DNA from: Gammaproteobacteria bacterium
GTDB lineage: Bacteria > Pseudomonadota > Gammaproteobacteria > Ga0077536
DNA length: 64,000 nucleotides
Direction: 5' to 3'
NCBI GenBank assembly: GCA_963662545.2
Contig: CAXXLL010000003.1
Coordinates: forward strand, 576,001 to 640,000
The number at the start of each line of letters is the position of its first letter. Position 1 is the first letter of the stretch. The notes beneath the pieces are model-generated. The model was not told where the DNA came from, did not search any database, and worked only from the letters and a program-made list of their open reading frames with translations. The translations under genes and the position numbers were made by a program. Below are positions 1 through 10,971 of the stretch, piece by piece.

Positions 1-150
1 TCATCAGTCAAAAGCAACGTGGTAACAATTCACAGATTCGAGCGGTGGGGAGGATGGGTTGCGATTGTCAAGCATGGACCTGCGGACCGCGCCACGTATA
101 ATTTTTCAGTCCGCGCGAGCTAGTTACGGAATTTGGAACAAGTTTTAAGC

Positions 151-480
151 ATGTCCACCGGAAGCGAGGAGTCGCAGCAAAATGAAGGCGGCGTCGCGCT
201 GCAAGAAGCGAAGCCGAAACTAAAGAAACCACCGTTATACAAGGTGATAATGCTCAATGACGACTACACGCCGATGGAGTTCGTCGTCCACGTACTGGAG
301 AATTTTTTCAGTTTGAATCGCCCGACCGCAACGAGAATCATGTTGGAGGTGCATACGCAAGGAAAGGGCGTGTGCGGTATATTTACTCATGAGATAGCCG
401 AGACCAAAGTTTCACACGTAAATGCTTATGCGCGAAACCACGAACACCCGCTGCTGTGTACTACGGAACTCGAATCGTAA
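151..480 (+). CDS. clpS: ATP-dependent Clp protease adaptor ClpS
   Basis: [20 protein letters not shown] and EIAETKV motifs; directly upstream of clpA; ATG at 151 preferred to TTG at 133. Confidence 0.97.
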   Translation: MSTGSEESQQNEGGVALQEAKPKLKKPPLYKVIMLNDDYTPMEFVVHVLENFFSLNRPTATRIMLEVHTQGKGVCGIFTHEIAETKVSHVNAYARNHEHPLLCTTELES

Positions 481-495
481 CTAGAGGAAATCGCC

Positions 496-2760
496 GTGCT
501 TAGCAAAGAACTCGAAGTCACACTCAACCTGGCCTTCAAGGAGGCACGCGAGCAACGTCATGAATTCATGACTGTTGAGCATCTGCTATTGGCGTTGCTC
601 GACAATCCGACGGCAGCCAAAGTACTGCGCGCCTGTGGCGCGGACCTTAACGCGCTGCGACGCCAGCTAACCGATTTCATTCAGGAGAGTTCACCCCTGC
701 TCCCGGAAGACGAAGATCGCGATACGCAACCCACGCTCGGCTTTCAGCGCGTACTGCAACGCGCAGTGTTCCACGTCCAATCTTCCGGCAAGAAGGAAGT
801 CAACGGAGCGAACGTGCTGGTGGCCATCTTCGGCGAGCGCGAATCACATGCCGTCTACCTGCTGAACCAGCAAAGCATCGCGCGACTGGATGTGGTCAAT
901 TGTATCTCTCACGGTATTTCGAAAGTTTCAGATGACGATTCGAATGAGGACATTAATTCATCGCCCGAAGAAGAAGGTGAACAACCGGACAATTCAAACA
1001 ATGCCCTGACCGCCTATACCACCAACCTCAACGAACAGGCGGAAAAAGGCAAGATCGATCCGTTGATCGGCCGGCACGACGAAGTCGAACGCACGATTCA
1101 GATCCTTTGCCGACGCCGCAAGAACAACCCCTTGTTCGTCGGCGAAGCGGGGGTCGGAAAAACCGCGATAGCGGAGGGACTGGCTAAGAAAATCGTCGAC
1201 GAAGAGATTCCGGAAGTGCTCGCAGAATCGACTATTTATGCGCTCGATCTCGGCGCATTGCTGGCGGGTACGAAGTACCGCGGAGATTTCGAAAAGCGAC
1301 TCAAGAATGTGCTCGCTCAATTGCAGCGCGAGGAAGGCGCGATTCTGTTTATCGACGAAATTCATACCATCATCGGCGCCGGCGCTGCTTCCGGCGGGGT
1401 CATGGATGCTTCCAACCTGATCAAACCGATGCTGGCTTCCGGCGAACTCAAATGCATCGGCTCGACGACCTACCAGGAATATCGCGGAATTTTCGAAAAG
1501 GACCGCGCGCTCGCGCGACGCTTCCAGAAGATCGATATTGGCGAACCCAGCGAGGATGAATCGGTAAAAATACTGCAGGGTTTGAAATCGCGGTTCGAGG
1601 AGCACCACGAAGTGCGCTACACCAACCAGGCTCTGCGCACGGCAGTCGAACTCACCAATCGTTACATCAACGATCGGCACCTGCCGGACAAGGCGATCGA
1701 CATCATCGACGAAGCTGGCGCGCGTCAGCGCCTGCTGCCGCCTTCGAGACGACGCAAGACCATCGGTGTCAACGACATCGAGGAAATCGTCGCGAAAATC
1801 GCGCGTATTCCGCCGAAATCAGTCTCGACATCCGACCGTGACGTACTGAAGAACCTGGAACGCGATCTAAAGATGGTCGTCTTTGGTCAGAATGAAGCGA
1901 TCGAAAGCCTGGCTGTTGCAATCAAAATGTCGCGCTCTGGGCTGGGTAGTACCGAGAAACCAATCGGGTCTTTCCTTTTCGCCGGTCCGACCGGCGTCGG
2001 CAAAACCGAGGTCACGCGTCAACTCGCGAGAATCATGGGCATCGAACTCATTCGCTTCGACATGTCTGAATACATGGAACGGCATACCGTCTCGCGTCTG
2101 ATCGGCGCGCCTCCCGGATACGTCGGATACGATACCGGCGGCCTTATGACCGAAGCCATCACCAAGCAACCGCACGCCGTGCTGCTCCTCGACGAGATGG
2201 AGAAAGCCCATCCTGACGTGTTCAACATCATGCTGCAGGTAATGGACCACGGGACCCTGACCGACACCAACGGCCGCAAGGCCGATTTCCGGAACGTCAT
2301 CATCGTGATGACTACCAACGCCGGCGCCGACCGCATCAGCAGAGCGTCGATCGGTTTCACGATGCAGGATCACACGGGTGACGCTATCCAGGAAATCAAG
2401 CGCATGTTCAACCCCGAGTTCCGCAATCGTCTCGACGCCGTCATCCAGTTCGGCGCGCTCGATCCGGAGACCATTAGCTATGTGGTCGACAAGTTTCTTG
2501 TCGAACTCGAAACCCAGCTCGACGACAAGAAAGTTTCCATCGATGTCGATGCCGACGCGCGACTATGGCTGGCCGAGCACGGCTATGACTTGGTCATGGG
2601 TGCTCGCCCCATGAGCCGATTGATCCAGGAGAAGATCAAAAAGCCCTTGGCCGAAGAATTATTGTTCGGACGGCTTGCGAGCGGCGGCAACGTCGTGGTC
2701 ACCGTGAAGGACGACGACATCGCGGTTGAACTCGAGACCGAGGCCGAACAAACCACCTGA
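496..2760 (+). CDS. clpA: ATP-dependent Clp protease ATP-binding subunit ClpA
   Basis: Two AAA+ modules ([16 protein letters not shown]), [14 protein letters not shown]-domain, no ClpB M-domain. Confidence 0.98.
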   Translation: MLSKELEVTLNLAFKEAREQRHEFMTVEHLLLALLDNPTAAKVLRACGADLNALRRQLTDFIQESSPLLPEDEDRDTQPTLGFQRVLQRAVFHVQSSGKKEVNGANVLVAIFGERESHAVYLLNQQSIARLDVVNCISHGISKVSDDDSNEDINSSPEEEGEQPDNSNNALTAYTTNLNEQAEKGKIDPLIGRHDEVERTIQILCRRRKNNPLFVGEAGVGKTAIAEGLAKKIVDEEIPEVLAESTIYALDLGALLAGTKYRGDFEKRLKNVLAQLQREEGAILFIDEIHTIIGAGAASGGVMDASNLIKPMLASGELKCIGSTTYQEYRGIFEKDRALARRFQKIDIGEPSEDESVKILQGLKSRFEEHHEVRYTNQALRTAVELTNRYINDRHLPDKAIDIIDEAGARQRLLPPSRRRKTIGVNDIEEIVAKIARIPPKSVSTSDRDVLKNLERDLKMVVFGQNEAIESLAVAIKMSRSGLGSTEKPIGSFLFAGPTGVGKTEVTRQLARIMGIELIRFDMSEYMERHTVSRLIGAPPGYVGYDTGGLMTEAITKQPHAVLLLDEMEKAHPDVFNIMLQVMDHGTLTDTNGRKADFRNVIIVMTTNAGADRISRASIGFTMQDHTGDAIQEIKRMFNPEFRNRLDAVIQFGALDPETISYVVDKFLVELETQLDDKKVSIDVDADARLWLAEHGYDLVMGARPMSRLIQEKIKKPLAEELLFGRLASGGNVVVTVKDDDIAVELETEAEQTT

Positions 2761-2835
2761 TTGAACCGGATCGGTATTCGTGTGCGACCGCGGCGCAGGT
2801 CCTGCTGCCATCCGATCCGGATCGAGAGCCTGAAT

Positions 2836-3354
2836 TTGGTACAGAACTTCAAGCAAGTCGGCGAGAACACGTTCCGCGAAACGTTCGGTCGCTACTTTGA
2901 GGAATTCGAAGTCGGACACGTCTATCAACATCGACCCGGTCGCACCATTACGGAGACCGACAACATTTGGTTTACGCTGTTGACGATGAATACGCACCCG
3001 CTACATTTTGACAACGAGTACGGTGCGGCATCCGAGTTCGGACAAACGCTAGTGAACAGCACCTACACAGTCGCGCTGATCGCCGGCATGAGCGTGAGCG
3101 ACGTCAGCCAGAAAGCCATCGCCAACCTCGGTTGGAAAGAGATCAAGCTGCCCGCCCCGGTATTTGTCGGCGACACGCTCTATGCCGAGTCAGAAGTCCT
3201 GGCTAAGCGTGAATCCAAGTCGCGACCCGACGCCGGCATCGTCACGGTCAAGACGCTGGGGAAGAAAAGCGACGGCACAGTGGTCTGCGATTTCGAACGC
3301 TCGATGTTGATCCCGAAACAGGGGCATGCCGTCGAGGACAAGATGGATTATTGA
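2836..3354 (+). CDS. MaoC-family (hotdog) acyl-CoA dehydratase
   Basis: GRYFEEFEVG...GRTITETDN...NTHPLHFD motif; TTG start at 2836 after GAGAG is inferred (ORF track starts at 2761). Confidence 0.85.
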   Translation: MVQNFKQVGENTFRETFGRYFEEFEVGHVYQHRPGRTITETDNIWFTLLTMNTHPLHFDNEYGAASEFGQTLVNSTYTVALIAGMSVSDVSQKAIANLGWKEIKLPAPVFVGDTLYAESEVLAKRESKSRPDAGIVTVKTLGKKSDGTVVCDFERSMLIPKQGHAVEDKMDY

Positions 3355-3360
3355 AGTGGA

Positions 3361-3378
3361 ATCGCCCGCAAGCGGGTA
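3361..3378. repeat. REP-like palindrome ATCGCCCGCAAGCGGGTA, likely a bidirectional terminator element
   Basis: Hairpin between convergent genes; related copies at 29376-29395 and 51329-51349. Confidence 0.5.
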
Positions 3379-3390
3379 ATTAATCCAAAT

Positions 3391-4725
3391 TCAGGTTAAC
3401 AATTTCACCAACACCGCCGAATTACGCTGATAGTTGTACAACTCGCGTTTCTCGACCGGCAGCGATTTCATCGTGCCATTGTCGAACCCGCGTTCGCTGA
3501 ACCATTGCACGGCCTGCGTCGTCAGAACGAACAGCGTGCTGATACCCATGTCTTGCGCGCGCCGCTCGAGCTCTTCGAGCAGCACATCACCAAACTGGCC
3601 TCCGCGGTAATCCGGGTGCACCGCGATGCACGCCACCTCGCCTGTCGGCTGGCCTTCGTAGGGATAAAGAGCGCCGCAGGCAACGACCGTGCTCTCGCGA
3701 ACCATGACGACGAAATGATCAATTTCCGCTTCGAGTTGTTCACGCGATCGCTTGACCAGGACCCCCCGGGCTGCAAGCGGCTGGATCAGTTCGAGAATAC
3801 CTCCGACGTCCTCGACGACGGCTTGTCGCAAGTGATCGAAGGGTGCGCTGCTGATCAAAGTGCCGATGCCGTCCCGCGTGAAGAGTTCACGCAAGATCGC
3901 ACCGTCTACGAAGCGGCTGACGATGTGTACCCGTTCCACCCCCAACTGGCAGGCGCTTACGGCCGTGTCGAGCAAACCGTATTCTTCGTCAAGATCTGAT
4001 TTGGTCTCCCGTAAATCGACGGCCTCGCGCACCGTCAGCTGCCGGTACAGCTTCCCTGCCGGAGACGTGATGCCGTTCGTCCCAGCGATTAAAACCAGTT
4101 TCGCCGATTCGATTTGACCGGCGACGGCCGCAGCCAGATCGTCTGCCTTCAAGTTGAACAGGTCACCCGTCGGTGAATATCCGAGCGGCGCGAGTAGTAC
4201 GATCTCGCCGTGATTCAGGTGTGATTCGATGGCGCCGCGATCGACGCTGCGCACGAGTCCGGTGAAGCCCAGATCGACGCCGTCGATGATTCCGGCCGGC
4301 ATTGCCAGCACGAAATTTCCGCCGGCGATCTTGCTCGCGGCGCCGGTAATGGGGCCACCGCGGCCGCCGAGCGAAAATGCAGACTCGATCGCAAGCCGCA
4401 TGGCGCCGACGACTTCACTGATCTCGCCCATGATCTCATCGTCGCTGACACGGAGCCTGCCGACGAATCGCGGGGCAATGCCCTTTGCCGCCAGCCGCTC
4501 CTCGATTTGCGGGCGCGCGCCGAACACGATGACCAGGCGGATGCCAACGGCCGCGAGGAGCACGAGATCCCGAACCAGATTGGCAAAACCCGGTCCCGCG
4601 ACGGCCTCACCGCCGAAATAGACGACGAAGGTCTTATTGCGGTGGTTTTGAAAATAGGGAGAAACCTGGCGCAGCCAGGGGACGATAGCGTCGTCTTCGA
4701 GCCTCATCCCTTCCTCAGTCATCAC
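3391..4725 (-). CDS. argA: Amino-acid N-acetyltransferase (N-acetylglutamate synthase)
   Basis: AA-kinase-like N-domain plus GNAT C-domain; ELFTRDGIGT and LYNYQRNS motifs. Confidence 0.95.
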   Translation of the reverse strand: MMTEEGMRLEDDAIVPWLRQVSPYFQNHRNKTFVVYFGGEAVAGPGFANLVRDLVLLAAVGIRLVIVFGARPQIEERLAAKGIAPRFVGRLRVSDDEIMGEISEVVGAMRLAIESAFSLGGRGGPITGAASKIAGGNFVLAMPAGIIDGVDLGFTGLVRSVDRGAIESHLNHGEIVLLAPLGYSPTGDLFNLKADDLAAAVAGQIESAKLVLIAGTNGITSPAGKLYRQLTVREAVDLRETKSDLDEEYGLLDTAVSACQLGVERVHIVSRFVDGAILRELFTRDGIGTLISSAPFDHLRQAVVEDVGGILELIQPLAARGVLVKRSREQLEAEIDHFVVMVRESTVVACGALYPYEGQPTGEVACIAVHPDYRGGQFGDVLLEELERRAQDMGISTLFVLTTQAVQWFSERGFDNGTMKSLPVEKRELYNYQRNSAVLVKLLT

Positions 4726-5872
4726 AGCAGAACCTTTCGATCAGCGTGCGCAATATGCCCCGCATCCTGAGCACCTTGTCCACCGCAACCCACTCGTTGG
4801 GTTGATGTGCGATGTCGATGTTGCCCGGCCCGAAGATCACCGTGTCACAGTCAAGGGCGTTAAGAAACGGTCCCTCGGTCGCGAATGCCACGGTTGCGGC
4901 AGACCTACCCGACAATTCCTCGACGGCGCGCACGATCGCCGAATCGGCGGGCGTCAACATCGGCGGTAAGGGATCCATGGGCAAGACCATCTTCGCGCCG
5001 AGTCCGGTGCCCGCGACTGCGGCATCGACGATCTCGCGGAGCTCCGCCGCGGTCACGTCGACGTCCATCCCAGGCATTAAACGCACGTCGAACAGGAGGT
5101 CACAGGATGCACATATCCGATTCGGGCTGTCCCCGCCGCTGATCCCCCCGAGATTCAAGGTCGGCCGCGCGACTTCGAAATCCCCGTCGGGATAGCGCTC
5201 TGCGGCTTCCTCGCGCCATGCCTTAAACCCCGTCATGATGTCGTGCATACCGTCCAGCGCGTTGGCGCCTAGTGCCGGGTTGCTCGAATGGCCGGCACGA
5301 CCGGTCACCTCGACGCGCCCGATGAGGATGCCCTTGTGCTTGTTAATGGGGATCAGGTCGGTCGGTTCGCCGATGAGCGCATAGGCGCCCAGTTCCTCGC
5401 CACTTTCGACCAGCACGCGTGCACCGTTCATGGTGCTTTCCTCGTCGGCCGTCGCAAGCACGATGAGCGAACGCTTCAGCCTCGACAGATCGAACCCATC
5501 CAGGGCTGACAGGATCAAGGGGAAAAAACACTTCATGTCGGCGCTGCCGAGCCCGAACCAGCAACCTTCGCGCTCGACGAGCTCGAAAGGATCGGTCGCC
5601 CAGCCATTCGCGTCGTAGGGCACCGTGTCTGTGTGGCCCGCAAGCACGAGGCCTCGATCCCCGCGACCCGCGCGCGCAATCATGTTGAACTTCGCCGGTG
5701 CCTCGGCGACGGTCTGCTGCAAAACCGCGAAGCCTGCCGCCTCGAACCAGTTGCTGAGCGTATCCGTGACGGTCGAGTTGCTCATGTCGAATGCGGGATT
5801 GACGGAACTCACACTCGGGTGCGCGATGAGTTTAGCGAGCCTCGCCTTGAGTTGTGCTTCGACGCCGGGCAT
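4715..5872 (-). CDS. argE: Acetylornithine deacetylase (M20 family)
   Basis: GHTDTVP, GSADMK, ADEE, GEPT and AHQPNE motifs; overlaps the argA start. Confidence 0.93.
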   Translation of the reverse strand: MPGVEAQLKARLAKLIAHPSVSSVNPAFDMSNSTVTDTLSNWFEAAGFAVLQQTVAEAPAKFNMIARAGRGDRGLVLAGHTDTVPYDANGWATDPFELVEREGCWFGLGSADMKCFFPLILSALDGFDLSRLKRSLIVLATADEESTMNGARVLVESGEELGAYALIGEPTDLIPINKHKGILIGRVEVTGRAGHSSNPALGANALDGMHDIMTGFKAWREEAAERYPDGDFEVARPTLNLGGISGGDSPNRICASCDLLFDVRLMPGMDVDVTAAELREIVDAAVAGTGLGAKMVLPMDPLPPMLTPADSAIVRAVEELSGRSAATVAFATEGPFLNALDCDTVIFGPGNIDIAHQPNEWVAVDKVLRMRGILRTLIERFCCDD

Positions 5873-5920
5873 GCGGTGCAGCCTCTACGAAAATTGGGGT
5901 GGCATTCTACACCGGCGAGC

Positions 5921-5968
5921 ACGGGGTTAGATCTGACCCCATGCTCGCAATCTGAGATCTGACCCCGT
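5921..5968. repeat. REP-like inverted repeat (ACGGGGTTAGATCT ... AGATCTGACCCCGT)
   Basis: Two copies of AGATCTGACCCC; the outer arms pair; lies in the divergent argE/ilvD intergenic region. Confidence 0.55.
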
Positions 5969-6006
5969 ACAGTTACCGTTGAACGGCAACACGCTGGAGA
6001 TCAGGC

Positions 6007-7686
6007 ATGGCGCGAAAATTGAACAGCATTAGTGAGCGTATTACGCAACCGCGCGTGCAGGGCGCATCGCAGGCAATGCTCTACGGGACGGGCTTGACCG
6101 AATCCGATCTATCCAAGGCACAGGTCGGGATTGCCAGCGTCTGGTATGAGGGCAACCCCTGTAACATGCATCTGCTAGGCCTTGCCGAGGAAGTCAAAAA
6201 GGGCGTGCAGAAAGCCGGCCTCGTCGGCATGCGGTTCAATACCATCGGCGTCAGCGACGGTATCTCGATGGGTACCCGCGGTATGAGTTACTCGTTGCAG
6301 TCTCGAGACCTCATCGCAGATTCGATCGAGACCATGATGAGCGGCCAATGGTACGACGCCAACATCTCGATCCCCGGCTGCGACAAAAATATGCCCGGTT
6401 GCCTCATCGCTATGGGCCGCTTGGACCGGCCGGCGCTCATGATCTACGGCGGCACGATCAAACCGGGACGTTCACGCGGACAGACGGTTGATATCGTGTC
6501 GGCTTTTCAGAGTTACGGCGCTTTTATTGCCGGAACCATTTCGGACGAAGAGCGCCAGGATATCATCAAGAACGCCTGTCCCGGTGCGGGCGCCTGCGGT
6601 GGCATGTATACGGCGAATACAATGGCGTCGGCCATCGAGGCTCTTGGCATGTCCCTGCCATACAGTTCGTCGACACCTGCAGTGGACCCCGGCAAGCTGG
6701 AAGAATGCGAACGTGCCGGGGCGGCTATCCTTCATCTGCTGGAGGAGGAAATCAAACCGAGCGACATCATGACGCGACCGGCGTTCGAGAACGCGATGGC
6801 GCTGATATGTGTCCTCGGTGGATCCACCAATGCGGTATTACACCTGATCGCGATGGCCCGCGCGGTCGGCGTCGAACTCGGCATCGACGATTTCCAGACG
6901 GTCAGTGATCGCACGCCATTCCTGGCCGATCTGAAGCCCAGCGGTCAATATGTGATGGAGGACCTGCATAAGGTCGGCGGGACTCCGGCGGTTCTCAAGT
7001 TCCTACTCGATGCCGGCATGATCAATGGGGAATGCATGACGGTGACGGGTAAAACGCTGGCAGAAAATCTGGAGGCCGTTGCCCCGCTCTCGCAAGGGCA
7101 AATCGTCATTCGGCCGCTCGATGATCCGATCAAGCCGACCGGCCACATACAGATCCTGAAAGGCAATCTTGCGCCCGGCGGCTCAGTCGCCAAGATCACC
7201 GGCAAGGAGGGCACCCGCTTTAATGGGCCGGCGCGCGTATACGACAGCGAGGAAGACATGATCGCGGGACTCGAGAATAAGGAAATTCAGAAAGGCGACG
7301 TGGTGATCATCCGCTACGAAGGTCCCAAGGGCGGTCCCGGCATGCCGGAAATGCTCACCCCGACTTCCGCCATCGTGGGAGCCGGCCTTGGCGAACACGT
7401 CGCCTTGATTACCGATGGCCGCTTCTCCGGCGGCTCGCACGGTTTTCTTGTCGGTCACGTCGTGCCCGAAGCACAGGAAGGCGGGCCAATTGCACTGGTG
7501 CGGGACGCCGATGTCATTACCATCGACGCAGACGCCCACATCATCGAGGTCGCGGTCGACGAAGCCGAAATGCAACGCCGACGTGATGCATGGAACGCCC
7601 CGCCATACAAGGCGGATCGCGGCACTCTGTATAAATACATCAAGAATGTGAAAAACGCGTCGCAAGGCTGCGTCACCGACGAGTGA
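6007..7686 (+). CDS. ilvD: Dihydroxy-acid dehydratase
   Basis: [27 protein letters not shown] and TDGRFSGG motifs. Confidence 0.97.
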   Translation: MARKLNSISERITQPRVQGASQAMLYGTGLTESDLSKAQVGIASVWYEGNPCNMHLLGLAEEVKKGVQKAGLVGMRFNTIGVSDGISMGTRGMSYSLQSRDLIADSIETMMSGQWYDANISIPGCDKNMPGCLIAMGRLDRPALMIYGGTIKPGRSRGQTVDIVSAFQSYGAFIAGTISDEERQDIIKNACPGAGACGGMYTANTMASAIEALGMSLPYSSSTPAVDPGKLEECERAGAAILHLLEEEIKPSDIMTRPAFENAMALICVLGGSTNAVLHLIAMARAVGVELGIDDFQTVSDRTPFLADLKPSGQYVMEDLHKVGGTPAVLKFLLDAGMINGECMTVTGKTLAENLEAVAPLSQGQIVIRPLDDPIKPTGHIQILKGNLAPGGSVAKITGKEGTRFNGPARVYDSEEDMIAGLENKEIQKGDVVIIRYEGPKGGPGMPEMLTPTSAIVGAGLGEHVALITDGRFSGGSHGFLVGHVVPEAQEGGPIALVRDADVITIDADAHIIEVAVDEAEMQRRRDAWNAPPYKADRGTLYKYIKNVKNASQGCVTDE

Positions 7687-7748
7687 GGGCAAAGCCCGCC
7701 TCGCTACAACTTTCGAAGTCGGACAGGCTCCTAAGAAGCCCCTAAAAT

Positions 7749-8351
7749 TTACATCTGCTTTTTGTAATCGTTGTAGTACTTGAGCACGCGGCGCACGTAG
7801 GTCTGCGTTTCCTTATAGGGCGGGATGCGGTGCCCATGGTTGATCACGGCATTCTCGCCCGCGTTGTATGCGGCGAGCGCGAGCACCACGTTATTGTCGA
7901 ACATATTCAAGAGATCGCGCAGATAGCGGGTGCCGCCCACCACGTTGGCATTTGGATCACGTCGGTTGCGTACTCCGTATCGTTTTGCGGTTCCCGGCAT
8001 CAATTGCATCAGGCCGACGGCGCCCGCGTGTGAAACGGCTTCTGGGTCATAGGCCGACTCCGCCGTGATCACGGCGTGCAGTAACGCCGGCGGGAGTCGA
8101 TGAACTTTCGCCGCACGCGCAATCGTGGGAGCGTACTTCTTGCGGTTGCGGTGCACGCTGTTGAAGTCGATTTTCGATTCCTCCCAACCCTTCCAGGTCT
8201 TGACCAGTTGTCGGTAGCCGTCATGGATCGGACGGTCCGTCAGGTGTACGCGGCCGTACTGATCCACGTACTTGAAGATGTCCGCGCCAGCCAGAATCGG
8301 GAGCACCCCAAACAGGGTGAAGATGACCAAGAATAAAAATCCCCTTTCCAT
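7749..8351 (-). CDS. Lytic transglycosylase (SLT domain) with N-terminal DUF4124-like segment and signal peptide
   Basis: ESAY, GAVGLMQLMP and ALAAYNAG motifs; IFKYVDQYGRVHLTD. Confidence 0.9.
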   Translation of the reverse strand: MERGFLFLVIFTLFGVLPILAGADIFKYVDQYGRVHLTDRPIHDGYRQLVKTWKGWEESKIDFNSVHRNRKKYAPTIARAAKVHRLPPALLHAVITAESAYDPEAVSHAGAVGLMQLMPGTAKRYGVRNRRDPNANVVGGTRYLRDLLNMFDNNVVLALAAYNAGENAVINHGHRIPPYKETQTYVRRVLKYYNDYKKQM

Positions 8352-8383
8352 ACGATGCTATTACGGCTTATTTTTAAAGTTAA

Positions 8384-8425
8384 TTATTGAATTATACTAT
8401 AACTTTATGAAAGTTATTGAATTAT
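8384..8425. promoter_or_regulatory. AT-rich operator-like element upstream of the transglycosylase gene
   Basis: TTATTGAATTAT direct repeat (8384, 8414) around the inverted repeat ATAACTTT-ATG-AAAGTTAT (8399-8417). Confidence 0.4.
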
Positions 8426-8702
8426 TTCTGCATTTTAAAAAAACGCAATTACGGGTCAGGGCGTCGTCCAGCATGATAACGCGGGCCGCCGCCGGTCCCG
8501 CGATCGCCGGTCCTGGCCGGCCAGGGTTTCACCCCAAGCAAAGAATCGAAACGCGAGTAAGGCCATAAGCTCCATTAGAACAACCATTTACGGCAAGGAG
8601 ACAGCCCCTCAGCCCGTCCTAAACAATAGCGCGGACCACGCTGCTCAAGCTGCTGCAGCCGTTATCCCACATAGCGGCAAACCAGCCAGAAACATCAGGT
8701 TC

Positions 8703-9608
8703 CTATTCGTCCTTCGAAACTTCTCCGCCGCGTCTCCGGAATCCGGAATATGCCGCGAGCCTGTCGACGACAAGCAGTCTTTCAATACGTCGGCCGTCCA
8801 TCGTCCAGGTCGGATAATTTTTGATCTCCTCGGTCTCGCAGACCGTTGCGCGCGGTCCATTACGCCCATGCGGTGAACATTCCACGTAGGGTAGATACTC
8901 GGCAGCATTGCCGAATAAATTTTTCTGTTCCCGACACACTGGACACCAGCTCGCTCCGTAGAACTTGAATCCATTTCGATCGAGATGCTCGGCCAGTTCG
9001 CGCAGATAGGGATCGACCTCGCCACCGGTCCCGTCCAGTATGCCCCGCGCGTCGAGGTGCATCGTCAGTGAAACCAGAACGGCGAACGCCGCGCCCGCAC
9101 CGCGCCAGCGCGCCCTGCGCGAGACTTCGATAGCGCGAAAGGTCATTCCAAAGGTGGTCGCCATCACGGCGAGTGACGCAAGACAGTAGCCACAAACGGC
9201 TTCGATCACGACGACAGAGATCACGGTCAAATAGATACTGATTCCGAATCCAGCCGCGGTCAGCAGGGCCGTCCATCGCCACCGTTGTTCTGCGCGAGCC
9301 GGGATGACGGCAACCAACCCGATCACCACGTAGTTTGCAAACCCCCACATGGTCAACGGGACACCGACGAAGCGCGACCAGGCACTTCTCTGCACCACAT
9401 CGCAGGCCGAGCCCTCCGAACAGTACGGGAGATGTCCGGCGGCGCTTGCGCTCCATATCAGGACACCGGTCAATACCAGGCCAGCGCCAGCAAGCAGCGC
9501 CATGGGCCAATCGGGTGCCGCGTTCACGGGCCGCGCCGGCGTCTGCGTCGGACTACTCGGTTTACGCTTTCGATCCCGCTTCTTTTTCTTCGCCAAAATA
9601 TTCTCCAA
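8703..9608 (-). CDS. VKOR-family membrane disulfide oxidoreductase fused to a thioredoxin-like domain
   Basis: CSEGSAC loop, CGYC active site, five TM segments, C-terminal YGASWCPVC...YPTW. Confidence 0.9.
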   Translation of the reverse strand: MENILAKKKKRDRKRKPSSPTQTPARPVNAAPDWPMALLAGAGLVLTGVLIWSASAAGHLPYCSEGSACDVVQRSAWSRFVGVPLTMWGFANYVVIGLVAVIPARAEQRWRWTALLTAAGFGISIYLTVISVVVIEAVCGYCLASLAVMATTFGMTFRAIEVSRRARWRGAGAAFAVLVSLTMHLDARGILDGTGGEVDPYLRELAEHLDRNGFKFYGASWCPVCREQKNLFGNAAEYLPYVECSPHGRNGPRATVCETEEIKNYPTWTMDGRRIERLLVVDRLAAYSGFRRRGGEVSKDE

Positions 9609-9758
9609 TCGAATTCCGGTTCAAAGCTGCTCGCCGCGAGCCCGATACTGGCGTGTTCCGTGGCTATTGCTCAAGCGTATACAGTAGACTTTCGGGGGGA
9701 CGTCACGAGCAAGTGTTTCGCGATGCAAGGTCGAGCCGGAACAAGACGAGGGACCAAC

Positions 9759-10730
9759 ATGCAATATTCACTATCCGATATAGCAGAACGATTCAAGCTC
9801 GAAATCGACGGGGATAAAACCGTCGAAATAACCGGCATCTGCGGCCTGTCGGATGACCTCCCAGCTTGTCTCACCTTCGTCGCTGAAGACCAACACGTCG
9901 AGGCAGCGGCCCGTTCGCGTATACCCGCAGTCGTAACGCGGCCTGGTTGTCCAATCGCTGGGAAAGCCAACTTGTACCACGAGCATCCAGAATACATGAT
10001 TGCGCAAATCGCGGAATTGTTCCTGCCGTCCCGACTCGGTCAGGCCGACGGCATCCATCACACCGCGGTGATAGCCGACAGCGTAGTGCTTGGCGACGAC
10101 GTTTGCATCGGTGCCTACGTCGTCGTCGGCGAGAAAGTGCAGATCGGAGCGCGCTCCCGAGTATTTCCCAATACGGTCATCATGGATCGCAGCGTTCTCG
10201 GCGAGGACTGCATCGTTTATCCCAATTGCACGGTGCGGGAAGACAGCGTACTGGGCGATCGCGTGATATTACAGCCGGGTGTTTCGATCGGTGGCGATGG
10301 CTTCGGATTCGTCGATCACGGCGGAGAGCACGTCAAGATCCCTCAGCTCGGTCATGTCGTGCTTGAAGCCGACGTCGAGATCGGTGCGAATTCGACGGTC
10401 GACCGTGGACGTTTTACAGAGACGCGTATCGGTCAGGGCACCAAGGTTGATAACCTGGTGATGCTCGCGCACAACGTTACGACGGGATCGCACTGCCTGA
10501 TCATCGCCCAAGTCGGCATTTCGGGAAGCACTACTCTCGGTGATCGCGTGACCCTGGCCGGGCAAGTCGGAACCGTCGGGCACGTCGAGATTGCCGATGA
10601 CGTCACGGTGCTCGGCAAAAGCGGTATCACCAAGGACATTCGCAAACCCGGGGTCTATGCGGGCATGCCGCTTAAACCGGCCAGGCTCTGGCGCAAAGCG
10701 ATGGCGCGGCTTTACGCGGGATTGCGTTAA
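9759..10730 (+). CDS. lpxD: LpxD-like UDP-3-O-acylglucosamine N-acyltransferase (stand-alone copy)
   Basis: Hexapeptide repeats with [23 protein letters not shown] and [10 protein letters not shown]; ATG at 9759 after GAGGG. Confidence 0.85.
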   Translation: MQYSLSDIAERFKLEIDGDKTVEITGICGLSDDLPACLTFVAEDQHVEAAARSRIPAVVTRPGCPIAGKANLYHEHPEYMIAQIAELFLPSRLGQADGIHHTAVIADSVVLGDDVCIGAYVVVGEKVQIGARSRVFPNTVIMDRSVLGEDCIVYPNCTVREDSVLGDRVILQPGVSIGGDGFGFVDHGGEHVKIPQLGHVVLEADVEIGANSTVDRGRFTETRIGQGTKVDNLVMLAHNVTTGSHCLIIAQVGISGSTTLGDRVTLAGQVGTVGHVEIADDVTVLGKSGITKDIRKPGVYAGMPLKPARLWRKAMARLYAGLR

Positions 10731-10736
10731 GGGCTG

Positions 10737-10940
10737 TTCATAGGTCGGATCTTAGGGATTGAACTGACACGCAGACGCACGACGGAGCGACAAAAAAATA
10801 TAACCACGGAGAACACTAAGAACACGGAGGGAAGAAAAAAATGACCGTTTACATGCCCTATTTTATTATTTTGCTTTGTGTTCTTTGTGGTTCATTGCGA
10901 TTTTATTGGGGAACTCCGGGCTTAAGAACTAACCTATGAA
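10737..10940. repeat. AT-rich MITE-like element with nested inverted repeats
   Basis: Outer TTCATAGGTCGGATCTTAG / TTAAGAACTAACCTATGAA; inner AACCACGGAGAACACTAAG / CTTTGTGTTCTTTGTGGTT. Confidence 0.55.
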
Positions 10941-10971
10941 GGGTTGTTAACAGTTCGTTCCGGATAGTCGG

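Noticed and set aside
9285-9758. N-terminal extension of the LpxD-like ORF
   Set aside because: It overlaps VKOR on the opposite strand; the RBS and similarity begin at 9759
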